DNA of 61,829 nucleotides, filler included, from Porpidia crustulata (Eukaryota): NCBI GenBank assembly GCA_964255105.1. It is 13 parts of 13 records of this genome, joined end to end, with 100 filler letters (N's around TTAATTAATTAA, not from the genome) between each part and the next. Parts side by side here need not be neighbours in the genome. Positions count along the whole stretch, not along the records: positions 1 to 4,684 come from CAXUWE010002018.1; positions 4,785 to 9,461 come from CAXUWE010002019.1; positions 9,562 to 14,237 come from CAXUWE010002020.1; 10 more parts are not named here. The stretch is one strand, 5' to 3'. The notes under the pieces are model-generated. The model ran no database searches and was not told the origin of the DNA. It was given only the letters and a program-made list of their open reading frames with translations. Shown here piece by piece: positions 1 to 11,518 of the stretch. Position 1 is the first letter of the stretch. Each line of letters begins with the position of its first letter. The position numbers and the translations under genes were made by a program.

Positions 1-1994
1 GGGGAAGGGGGAAATGCTCTGACCCCGTACAACATAAGCCAGAAAAAAACCTTCTGATCATGGCTCGGCGGCGCGCTCCTATTGGTTTTGCCTCTGGCTT
101 TTAGTGGTGGCGGTGGCGGCCTGGCGGGCGGAGACATGCCCGTGTTGTCCCGGGTGGTGGAGCCTGGATGCTGCTTCTGGTGTGGAAGCACCGATGAAGA
201 GGAATTGTACGATCTTGCGTCATGTTAGCTTTTTTTCCCTCGAGACGGGGTGCAGATTAAAGAGTCCCCCCCTGTGGGGTTGGTTGATTTTTTGGAAGGA
301 ATTCTAAACGGGTACGACGGGTTACAGGGTAATCGATTGCGGCAATAGACAATGCGAAGGACATCGGCGCGGTAGCAGAATGATGATGTTATGGATCTTT
401 TGGTATGATGGATACGGGGCGAAGGAAACGAAAGGGACGGGCTTGGACATAGGGAGTTTGTATTAATGGACCTTTCTGCGCGTCGATTTGACTAAGAAAT
501 TTTGATAACTTTACTTTTACGACTAATGGCAGCACGCATAGTACGTAAGAAGCGAAAGCATAATCACAAATACTTTCACACAGATATCTGGTTTGAGATC
601 TGAGTACCTGGAGAAAAACGGTGCGGATCAAAGAGAAGACGACTGCTAAAGCAACTCGTCTTGCTGCGTTTTTAAAGTAGATAGAATGCCATTGCTCATG
701 AACACGAACATTTATAATTGAAACAGCGAAGCTTACCGGAGAAAGCTATGCAACAAACAAACAAAAAAATGCAATAACAATAATAATACCCTCTTACAGG
801 AAAGAAGTTGGGGGGAAATCTGGGGTAATTGGGGAAGGGAAGAGAAGAGAAGCACCTTATTCCCCGGCGGGGAAATCGCAGGTATACCCAAAAACCCAGG
901 ACATTCATTTGAATATATGCATAAGCCAGAAGTGACATCTGAGAGAGTGCCTGATGTCGGTCGTGAATTTCTGGCACGGTCTCTGGAGTGAAGGATGGAG
1001 AAAAGCGTATGAACGGCATCTGCAGGCAGCACGACCACGTCGAATTTGCGTATATTCGCCTCCAGCTATGGTATAAGCATGTTATAGCCCAGAAATTCCA
1101 TGCGAGAATTTTTCAGACAGACGCAGCAGTTCTGGCGTGGAGTGGGGTAACCGGTATGTCGGGTTGCCTTTGAAAGTTTTGCGTGGAGAACACTGGACAG
1201 CTGCTGTGTGGAAAGCAAATGTGATGTATAACATAAAAAAACAATTTTTAGATACAAGAAGAAAGCGAGACTTTGCAGGTGGTATTTGCCGTGCGATACA
1301 GTGTAGTTCAAATCATATATGGTTTTTTGAATTTGACAACTCGACAGTCTGCTTGCTAGAGTGCGCCCAGGATAGAGACTTCTCGACGCCTGGGTGAATG
1401 ACTCGTGGGAGATGTGAGCGTCGTGCAAGAGCGAACGTCATGCTGCATTTTGCAGGGAGCCCATAACATTTAATATGCCGGCGGCTTCGCCTTCACGATC
1501 CCCGGGTCCAGGATTGAGATGGATGATGTAGTCATTCGTGGTAATCCAAGACAAGTAAAAGAGGTAACCTAGATAAGTACGACGATGAGATGCTTTGGTT
1601 CGTCCAGGCGCGTTGTTGCTCTAGCGATTTCTCATTCCATCAGATTCATCGAATACCACTTGGAGAGGAAAGTAGGCGCAACTTCTTCAGCGCAGTAGTC
1701 AGTTCATTCAGCAAGCCAGTCAATGGGTCAAGAGGCTAAGTCGCCAGTTAGTATCTAAAGCCATCACTTCGCCACACCGACAAATGAACCAGCCTTGGGA
1801 CTCGGGAGTGATCCGACTGCAAAGTAATGAATAACCATGCAAAGCTGCACAAGGGAGCAGCATACGCAACGGTTGACGTGCATCCAAATCTGTGAAACAT
1901 TGGCCGTCACTGTGGAGCCTATGTCCAAGGTATGTTTCTGATGCCTAAATTCTTGTATCACCCCGCCAAAACGCCAAGTGTGAAGCATCAAATA

Positions 1995-2786
1995 TCACAA
2001 ATTTCCTCTTCTTGGAAAACTGACCCCGTCAACAGCTTTGGTGTCTGTGAACCAGCTTACCCGTTCAGACCCTTGTTCATTCACCAGACCGCATGGTAGA
2101 CTTCGCCCCTCCTCTGTGTCCAAAATCTCCTTCAAAATGCCCTTCTTCCCTTCTCCAGTCGCTACAAAACCAATCTTGATGCCGTGTGTAACGACAGGCA
2201 GGGTGAGAGTAATTCGCTTGGGCGGAGGCTTGGGACTGTCCTCGATCGCAGCAACCCACGCATCGGATTCACGCAATAACTCGTGATTGGGAAACAAAGA
2301 GCAAGTGTGGCCATCCGGTCCACATCCCAGGAGCAGAAGATCGAAGATGGGAAGCTTGACGCTGTCCTTTGCTGCGAACGAGCGCATTAAAGCTTCTTGA
2401 TATTGATCGGCCAGTTCTTGTACATCATCCAGATACTTGACATCGATGGAATGGACTGTAGGCTGGCCCATCTCTAGTGGTATTTGATCCAAGAGCTCAT
2501 CTTTGAGGAGCTTGTAATTGCTGTCACCGTGATCAAGTTGCACCGCGCGTTCATCGGCAAAGAATATCTCCCATTGTGCAAATTTCACGGTATCCTCTGC
2601 GCTTCCATTGCTTGGTGTAAGTAAAGCCTTCGCTAGAGTATTTGGTAGCGATCCACCGGAGACAGCAACCTTGAACACCCCATGGCGCTCAAGACCAGCA
2701 TGCTGACACTGGAGCAAATAAGTGCGCAAGGACTTGGCCAGTGAGTGTACATCATTGAACGCGTACAGGTTTGGTTGCTTGCCCAT
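1995..2786 (-). CDS. pgl: 6-phosphogluconolactonase (SOL/Pgl family), intronless, 263 aa
   Basis: Motifs VAVSGGSLP, FFADERAV, SNYKL, FDLLLLGCGPDGHTCSLFP and DSPKPPPKRITLTLP are diagnostic of 6PGL/SOL proteins. Confidence 0.95.
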   Translation of the reverse strand: MGKQPNLYAFNDVHSLAKSLRTYLLQCQHAGLERHGVFKVAVSGGSLPNTLAKALLTPSNGSAEDTVKFAQWEIFFADERAVQLDHGDSNYKLLKDELLDQIPLEMGQPTVHSIDVKYLDDVQELADQYQEALMRSFAAKDSVKLPIFDLLLLGCGPDGHTCSLFPNHELLRESDAWVAAIEDSPKPPPKRITLTLPVVTHGIKIGFVATGEGKKGILKEILDTEEGRSLPCGLVNEQGSERVSWFTDTKAVDGVSFPRRGNL

Positions 2787-2944
2787 CGTGACGGGGGAAC
2801 AGATGTCAGATGTCCACGTTGTCTTGTGCCAAAGAACGGGTTTATTGAGGTTCGTTTGGGCGGCTAGATAAGCGGCGGGGTTCGAGTCGAGGGGTAAAAA
2901 TGAGGATCGGGATTTAGAAGGAGTTTGATAGCTTTTGAAGCACG

Positions 2945-3072
2945 GACAGGCGTTAGACTGGGTGAGTAAGAACTAGGAAAAGCCCCGATGCCTGACAGTT
3001 GGATCTAAGACGGGCGTTAGACTGGGCGAGTAAGAACTAAGAAAAGCTCCGATGCCTGACAGTTGGATCCAA
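2945..3072. repeat. Tandem duplication, 2 x 64 bp, in the 6PGL upstream region
   Basis: 2945-3008 and 3009-3072 align without gaps with 5 mismatches, all transitions. Confidence 0.9.
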
Positions 3073-4684
3073 ACTAGCTCCAAGCAACTGTATACCAAAA
3101 ACGGGTTTAGAAGTGATGTCTTCCTAATCCTTACCAACCCTTCGACTTTCACATGCCAGAATCGGGTGGATAGGATAAGGCTGGCATGGCCCATACTTTC
3201 ATTAATACCCGACCTGACTCCTTGCCTGTGTATCTGCCCACCTCAACCCACTCTTGAGTGACTTGCCGTCGCTTCCGTAGAGTAGATCATAAATGCTAAA
3301 CTAAGAATTCGGGGAGTCTACCGTTCCAAGCGATGATAGGATCACCTTGATAGGAATCAATTACAAGTCAACTGCCATGCTTGCACTTACCAACTAGCAT
3401 TGACCTTTCATGCCAACTGACGCACATTGATCTCATGGCCAATTCGCAAGCGCTGTTCCACCCATGAATCATTAGATGAGACGTTGTTCCCTGATTGCCG
3501 CATCTTGAGGGTCTTCGCTATCTTTTACAGGTCTCACCTCTTGATTCACTGCTCTACATTCATCTATGTCAAATTAAAAGCCCTTAATGTTCAACAATTT
3601 TGTGAGATTGATAATACACAGACCTTCAATTTCGAATATTTCAGCAGTTTAACTTGTAACCGAGTCGGAAGTCATGAATGCCTCAAACCTCCTACAGCTG
3701 CAAACGCATGCTTCACACCAGCACAGATCACCAGTATCCCAGTCTCTCTCCAAATTTCCGACTGATAGTGCAACGACATCCTTCGATCAATCTCCGACTA
3801 CTTCAGTCCCTCGCCGAGAGCCATTGAAAGAAAATTCGCCGTACGAAGCCTCTAATATCGCCGGTGGCCTTGTCTCTATCAGCGCCCATTCGATTTATTG
3901 TCGTCGATGCTCAACAACGGTTGGCCACGAAATATAAAGCATCGCCTCACTTGTGAACGCCTTGCTCAATCCTCGTAAATATTTATACGTCTTCTTTCAG
4001 CTCCAGTCGCAGACTGTTCACCCAACGTTGATTGTACTGTTCTTCAAAGCTATCGTGTTCACACCGATGCCACTCGCTTCCCCGTGGTCTTCACTCGACA
4101 CCGTCTGTTTGAGGCGTGCCGCTTGCCTTTCCAAGGCCTTTAGTAGAGTTCAGGCAGATCACTCAACATTGATATCTGCCATGGCCAAATCTCATACAAG
4201 ACCAGCTCCAGCACGGAAGCAGATGACGTTGCAACTGGCCCTGTGCACCTGAATCTAGCTAGAAACAGGAATTGGCACAATGTCTCCTCAGGGGATCGGG
4301 AATGTTGTGTCATATTTCTGAAAACGATGCAGATTTTGACCTGTTTGCGCAATCACTGGGTGGGCAGAGTACTTCAATTCTGGCTTTCGATATGCAGTTA
4401 CTGTGCCTGGTGTTTCATCACCACGAACCAAAGCCTTGACGTGTATTTGATTTAATACGCTAAATTAGATTACTATAGAGTAGCATGTACCTATGGACGT
4501 GAGTAATAAAAATCCCCCAACCGCAAATTTGACCTCTCACTCATACCATCCAAGTCACTACCGCGTTTTTGGAGGAAGCAACATGAGATCGAGTTTCAAA
4601 TATCGTGATAGATTTGCAAATGCGAAAAGGTAACGTCCGTCCCTGCGTCGAGAGACGCACCCTGTGACGAGACAAACTATAGGT

Positions 4685-4784
4685 NNNNNNNNNNNNNNNN
4701 NNNNNNNNNNNNNNNNNNNNNNNNNNNNTTAATTAATTAANNNNNNNNNNNNNNNNNNNNNNNNNNNNNNNNNNNNNNNNNNNN
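4685..4784. other. Artificial contig linker (N44-TTAATTAATTAA-N44)
   Basis: Six-frame-stop spacer embedded in Ns, repeated 12 times in the window. Confidence 0.97.
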
Positions 4785-4991
4785 GACTCAATCCACAACC
4801 CTTTTCACCCTAAGTCAGCCCATCATATATCTCAACATTGTTAAAATTAAAATCAATCTCTTCGACGTTTTAAATTTAATTATACTTTTCTCGAAGTGTT
4901 TTAATAACAGCGAGTAAAATAGAAGTAAAATAACATTTATTATTTTATTATTTGTTGAGATAAATCTAACGTTTGTAATATAACGATTATT

Positions 4992-7900
4992 CTATCTTTG
5001 TTTCTGTCGATTTAGAAAACGTAATCCTAGAAATGCGAGGACGCGATAAACAGTACCCAGAACGAATAACATTGCTAAATTCAAACTGAATCGGCCCAGC
5101 ACATACCCAAGGCCGTTTGCTGCATCTTCCACCTGATAAAGATATCGCCATGGTGTGATGTTCTCCGCGAAGTAGCCTTCCGACAACCAAGTCCCCGGAG
5201 ACGCTCTCCAAAGCCAACTCATGTGCCAGCCTTTGACAGTCTTCAGAGTTGGGCTCGTCCCGCTGATGATGCCGACTATCAAGCTCAACATCGTTGCAAT
5301 GAGCGGACCGTCTTCTCGTCGCGTGATAACCGAAACGCAGGAGGCAAGTCCATAGATACAATAGAAGTAAAGGAGATTTGCGGCGAACGCTGCCCCCCAC
5401 GATATCTTTGGCGTTGCCAGAAGTAGGAACATGGTCGAGAAATGGAAGTTGGCTAAAATCATTCTCGGAAGTGTTGAAGCTACCTTGCCAATGTAGTATG
5501 CTAGGCGGTTATGCCCCGAAGCAGTCTCTCGCCAGTACATAAGCTTCTCTTCGCCAAAAATCTTTACACCAGGCGAGCTAGCCGTGAGTCCTACAGCTAA
5601 AGCGACAAGTAGAGACATTTGAGGTATCGAAGCGTAGTCTATAGATGAAGAAAGCAGTTCGTAGGGCTCTACGAAGAGGCCACGGAAGTTAATGCCCTCC
5701 TGGTTTAGTTCCGCCAGTCCGATGAGAAAACCGGCAAGGGCACCCACACCAAGTTCGGCAAAGAAACTCGATTTTAGTCGCCATTGTTGTATAATTGAAC
5801 GGACGAAACAAAAATAAATTTGGCGGTACCAGTAGGCTCCGCGCCTTTTGATCGAAACCCTTAGAGCCAGGGCGTCCTGAACCGAATCGACTGCTTTAGG
5901 GCCGAGAGTTGATAGACTGTGTTGCCGATTATGCCAGTATTCTATCAGCGACTGTACCCCGGTGTCGCCGGACTTCTTGTAAAGATGACCCTGACCAGCA
6001 ATAATGTCCATAACAGTGTCGGCTGGATTTCCATGGTGAGGGAAATGGAATCCAACATCTTCAAAGTAATTCTGTACATTGTTCTCGGGCCCTTGATATA
6101 TCATTCTACCGGCAGCGAAAAGCAGTAAATTATCTAGAGATTCAAAGATTTCCTGTCGCGGCTGGTGAATAATCGTGACTACGGTAATGCCCAGGCGTGA
6201 GAGCGCTTTCAGTGTCGACATTATTGACGATGCAGACGTGGCATCAAGTCCAGATGTAGGTTCATCAAGAAAGAGCGCCATAGGCGCGGCTGCTAGTTCC
6301 ATTCCAATACTCACACGCTTTCTTTGACCTCCAGAGATGACTGGCGCTGCAGCACTGCCCACTAGAGAGTCTTTGACATGCTCGAGCTGAAGGCAGGGTA
6401 TCAGAATGTTGACATGCTCCCGAATCTGATGATCTGTCCAATCACACGGCAGCCGCATACGGGCGGAATGCAAGATGTTCTCATAGACAGTCAACTCTGC
6501 AAGCAAGATGTCGTCTTGAGGAACATAGCCTATAATTTTCTTGTATTTTGAGATGTTCCCCGCAATCCCGTTGACTTTGGTTACACCTCCTGTGTGTGCT
6601 TGCTTACCCATCAGAACATTGACAAATGTAGACTTTCCAGCACCGGACGCTCCCATGACACCTGAGAGTAAGCCCGATCGAATTTGACCAGTGACTTCGG
6701 ACAGTATTGGTCTGCTACTCTTCTTAGGCTGGAATTTTAAATCCACAAATTCAAAAGACAGTCCAAATATGGCAGCACCAATACATTTGGACAGAGATTG
6801 AACGAAAAGTTGTAGATTTGAATTTGGGTCATCGTAGTCGATCGCATTGGGTTTCGATAGGAAGGCGGCATCCATTGCCGCACTAAATCCCGTATTGGCC
6901 CGACGAACATGAGAGATCCTCGGTTCCAGCAGTACGTCGCCATCCTCGAGAGACTGGTATTGTTTGGCGTGTTGCTTTTTATCAACAAAACTCATGGCCT
7001 TTGTCAGATAAGAACCCGATGATTTGCCGCGTTTCTGAAGGTTTCCTCTGCGACGAGCGAACAGCTTGATGCCAATAGTGCACCCTACTAACAGAAGGTC
7101 CAAAACGGCGAGTAATGTGAGTGGTAAGAGCGACATATCGCGATCGCTTCCTTGCGGACAGTGTGCGCCGAAGCTACATGGAGTGGGCTCGTAAGCGCCT
7201 ATCGAACAATAGTGACCAGGTGGACATGGTATTCGTTCTCGTCCAGGCGGAGGACAGTAATTCCCCTGTCTACAGACTATTGGCTCCAAGAAGCCCATTG
7301 GTATTGGACAGGTGCCTCCAGCTAAACGACCGTGTTGACACTCAGTTACAGGCGGACAGTATTGTGGAAGGCGATTTATAGAGTTCTTTTCGCCTTTATG
7401 ATCAACCAATCAGTCTACTTTCTGAGCTCGTTAACGGATCTCTATCTGGGAGGGACTTACACAAAAACCCTAAACTGCACCCCTTTTCGGCCCAGGTGCT
7501 CGCATTCTGTATAGTTATAGGAACGCTCCCTGGTTGTATGCATAAATGAGCAGCCTGGGGAATATTGCCTGCTTCAATTTCCCCTAATGCTTGGTAGAAG
7601 GGGCCTGAGAGCTGGGTATCATTCTGTCCCGTGCAAGCTTGGTCGAAGGTCGAGAGCTCAAAAGAATTTGTGTCGTTGAGCGGAGTGTAAAACAACAGAC
7701 CCTGATCCCCGCTTTCTTGGAGGATATAGGGCTGGTTTGCATCTGGGGGATTATTCGCCCAATTGAACGTCTTGTTTAGATCTTCGTTGGAACCCTCATT
7801 GACAGGAAAGTACCATTTGCCGGAGGACCCCGCATAAACGTTTTCAGTGGCATTCCCCACGCAACGCCAGACCTGGGTATGGCTTATGTTTTTGGGTACC

Positions 7901-7995
7901 GTGTCCTGACTAGCTCGCAGCGCGCATTGACATGAAGCCGTGTCGATGAAGATTGGTCCACTGGGTAAAGAAGTAGGTAGCGGCAGGCCTGCCAT
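4992..7995 (-). CDS. ABCG (White-family) half-transporter with N-terminal Cys-rich extracellular region; intron 7394-7460; start uncertain (7995 or 8077)
   Basis: Walker A GASGAGKS, signature ISGGQRKRVSIG, Walker B LFLDEPTSGLD, H-loop IHQP and a C-terminal ABC2-type TM domain. CPPGHYC-type Cys repeats precede a TM helix. A GTAAGT..CTGAT..AAG intron joins ORF 7402-8028 to ORF 4992-7409 in frame (…GFLC/EKNS…). Confidence 0.9.
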
Positions 7996-9257
7996 AATCG
8001 TCGCTGGCAGCCTTCGAGTTGTGTACAAACTTGTCGAAGACGAAGATTAGTAAAGAGATGCCCGGCACTTTTCGCATGGTGTCCACCAGCAGAGCTGCGG
8101 AAGAGAGGTGGCTTGGATCCATCGTTGTTCACTCGGCGTGGAAGTGGAACAACATGGTGTGAAGGATCACCCTAGTGGCCTGGGTTGGTGAACCGCTGGC
8201 CATGATTGGGGCCCGACGGCTCCCTAAGAGGCTAAAATATGGAAAGCGCGGTTCAGCTGCTGCGGTTGATCAAACGTTGTCGCACCTTAGTTGAAGATCA
8301 TTCAATCCGACATTCTTGTCTCAAACTCGATTCATCTATTTTCGGAAAGGTAGAAACTAATAATCGCTGTCGAGATGACACACTTGTATGCATGTCTGCT
8401 TGAGCGCGATCACATTGGTTCCTATACATTGGCACACGAGTTCCTTACATTCATCATGAAGTAAAGTCGCGAAAAGGATGGAGAATTTGGCGACTGAGGA
8501 TTGCTTGCCGGCCAACTACCTCGAGCAAATCCCTACGGTATTCAACGTGCGTTTACACTTCCCTTGCTACCTTGCTGTTACTGAGACTTATTGACAATCA
8601 TCATTCTACTCAAGTCCCTTTGATGATAGTGGTGCTCACGGTGTCTGCTCTCACCTGAAAGGCGAGATTGTGAGATAACCTGCCTTCGTAGAAAGCGGTC
8701 TGTCATGCTATTGAATCTAAACAATGAAGTTTCGCGATAGAGGTGGACGTACCGATTCGGAAAGAAGGTAACATGGATGAACTGATATGCGTGGGAATTT
8801 GGTTTCTTTTGGTTGCTACGATCAGTAGCGCTAAGCGGTCATGGTAGAGAGCAGTACAACTCCGAAATTTGGAGAGAATTCCCTAGAAATCTGCACCTTA
8901 CGATAGCGTGGCACGCGTGGGTACTCGTAGGAGTCGTGTAGTCGCTGCGCCACGATCAAATCCCTTCGATCCTTTGGGTTGATCCTTCGGGTTTATCCTT
9001 AAGGACTTTGATTCAGCGATCTAAACCCCTGAGTGCATATATGACCGACAAACGTTAATCACGATAGCAAGAACCTGTCGCTGTTGTGAGAATCTTACGA
9101 TGTTGTACATTGTACTTCTTCATGTCTGTTAATAAGAAGTTTTTTGTTCGTATGATTAAAACGTGAATATGTACCTATTAATTACCAAATCCCGTCCCGC
9201 GGTAACTGTGCTTTGCCATCCAAATTTACGCGACTGGAATATACCTAGTTCGGTCAA

Positions 9258-9332
9258 ACCCCTAGTTCGGCCATGCCCGCTTGGTCTCCATTCTGTTACC
9301 CTAACCCTTGGTATGGTGGCCGAACTAGGGGT
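9258..9332. repeat. 16-bp perfect inverted repeat (ACCCCTAGTTCGGCCA) with 43-nt spacer
   Basis: 9258-9273 is the exact reverse complement of 9317-9332. A partial direct copy CCTAGTTCGGTCA lies at 9244-9256. Confidence 0.85.
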
Positions 9333-9461
9333 GTGCATGGGTAACGTGAACTCAACGAAGGTTAATGAAGCAGGTTTTTTTTTATTTTTTATTACTTCAT
9401 TTTTACGTTTTTGTTTGTTATGTCAGGTTTATTGTCCTTATGCAAGCTAGGCTTATGAAAG

Positions 9462-9561
9462 NNNNNNNNNNNNNNNNNNNNNNNNNNNNNNNNNNNNNNN
9501 NNNNNTTAATTAATTAANNNNNNNNNNNNNNNNNNNNNNNNNNNNNNNNNNNNNNNNNNNN
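9462..9561. other. Artificial contig linker
   Basis: N44-TTAATTAATTAA-N44. Confidence 0.97.
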
Positions 9562-9598
9562 CGAGTAGGCTTTGGGTAAAATTGCCCACTTCATTGGT

Positions 9599-10397
9599 TT
9601 ACGAATTATGATATGACGGCATAGGTATCTTTCCATAGTAAGCCCTGCTCCATACCTCACGCGTCTCCCGTGGCGACAACAGCGGTCCCGCCTCCCCTTC
9701 CTCCTTTGTCTCCCAGCAATTGAAAAACCCATACCCCTCAAACTCCCCAATGTCCCCATAGTGCCTCGCATTGAACCGATCGCGCAGAAGAGAAGCCCGT
9801 TCATCCATCGTCCTGGCCATCTTCAACCGCCCGAGATCTGCACCATCCGGTAGCAAACGATCCTCTTCGTCCACGCCCGCCCACGTCGTGTCGAAGTCGG
9901 CAACCCACACACCACCGATCGAGGGCCAGGCAACTCTGATCAGACGTTTCTCGCGCATCGTCGGTGGCGGCTCATCCTCGACACTGAAAGCTAAGTTTCT
10001 CGAGATCCCCCTGCGCTTCATCTTCGATCGCAGACACGACGTCATACCGTGCCTCGCTATCCCACCATTTCGCTCTAAGGAGTAGCAAGCGCTGGCAGAA
10101 TACGTCTTCGGCGGCTTGGTCCGAGAGACGCCGAGAGGGCGGATCTAGCGGGTCCAGGCCAAGAAATTCAAAGTCGATGGCGTCGGCGCTGTTGAGAATT
10201 ATCATGCCGCCTTTGGAGGGCCAGACGAATACGTGCGCTTCGGTGTCGGTGAAGATTGTGCGGACGCTGGGGTCGTAGGGGCACTTGGGACCGCAGGGGT
10301 GTACCTTAAGGGGAGAGGGGTAGGTAGCGGACTCCGCGGACTGGGTGGGAAGGAATCGGGATAAGGCGCCTAGGAGGTAGTTTGCCGCGCGGAACAT
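9599..10397 (-). pseudogene. Fungal hypothetical protein split by a +1 frameshift in a G5 run (pseudogene or sequencing error)
   Basis: ORFs 9972-10397 and 9599-10045 overlap. Removing one base from the C5 run at 10007-10011 gives a continuous ~265-aa protein (…AIEDEAQ-GISRNLAFSVEDEPP…) with protein-like blocks FCQRLLLLRAKWWDSEARY and VAWPSIGGVWVADFD. Confidence 0.6.
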
Positions 10398-11518
10398 GAT
10401 CGTGTATAGGGTGTGACTCTTTCAATTGGCGGAGTAGCTAAGCTAGCCTCGTTAGCTGTTATCTGAGTACAAGTTTACCCCGTACGGATCGCCCACAAAT
10501 TGTTCACCTGATATTTCCATGTTGTTCATTGCATCGGAGTATAATCAACATGTATGAATCAGTCTGGTACAGATTTACCTAAAGTCCTCGTAGGATCTGC
10601 TCCTTCAGGCTATGATCGGCAATCTTCGGCTATGCTCGTTCACGCCAAGGGCCGCTCCTAAAGAAATTTGATACTACCCGCTCATACCAATTTATCATCC
10701 TCACTAGGTTAGCTTCTTGTAGACCTTTTGCGCAGCTTACTATCGATTGCGAGAGGGAAACGTTATGATCGAAATGATGAGGGTTGTTGGGGTCGGATTT
10801 GGCGTTTGGGTTAAGTGGAAATGAAAGTATTCGGGATTTTTGTGGGATGGTTGGAAGGATGGGTTTGAATTCTGTTAATGATTAGCAGTGAAAGAGATGG
10901 GGTGGGTGGTGTGAGTGAGGAGATGGGTTGGGGTTTTGTTGATTGTGACGGTGTGAGAGTGAGCGAGTATTGCTTGATCGGATGCGGAATGTTCTCCTCT
11001 TAGATAACTCGACTAGAGACTCCTAATGCTTGGTAGCCCGTGCAGGAGGAACGAGAATAGGGGAACGAGATGAAGAAGAGAAGAAGAAATATCAAAACAC
11101 ATACGTTTCATTGAAGTAATGCCTGTCTTGCACCAATCAGGGATCAGGTTCAGCAAAATGTAATGCATGAATCTCGGTAGTTCTTTGAAGAGCTGTAAGT
11201 CCTCCTTCGATGTGTTCACCTGGTCAAGGTTATACCCTGTGGCCATGTGCTCCTCCTGAGGTATTTGGGATGCCGAATATCTTAGGGCTATGGCCAGCGT
11301 TCCAGGGTCGATGACGCTGAGTGCGGAGCTAAGCAATGACTTCCATGCGCTGAAAGTTTAACCAAATTCCATGCTGAATAGCCTTGAGTGTTGAATTTTC
11401 GGTGTAGGGCGTAAAGGCCGCGGGCACCAGCAATTTGTTCACAACAGACAGGTATTTCTAGCCTGCAGGCTAATAAGAGCTCTTCCTCGCAAGGCCCATG
11501 ACACAACCTAAAGCCGCA

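Noticed and set aside
1..1040. Minus-strand splice-like signals and a Pro-rich frame running off the window start
   Set aside because: Probably the 5' end or leader of a gene, but no consistent spliced ORF or recognisable protein could be built.
4729..4740. Regularly spaced TTAATTAATTAA palindromes about every 4.77 kb that look like a repeat array
   Set aside because: Artificial assembly linker inside N runs. The regular spacing comes from length-sorted contigs.
11013..11506. ORFs 11013-11336 and 11288-11506 downstream of the nuclease
   Set aside because: Non-ATG starts, no recognisable motifs and no convincing splice model.
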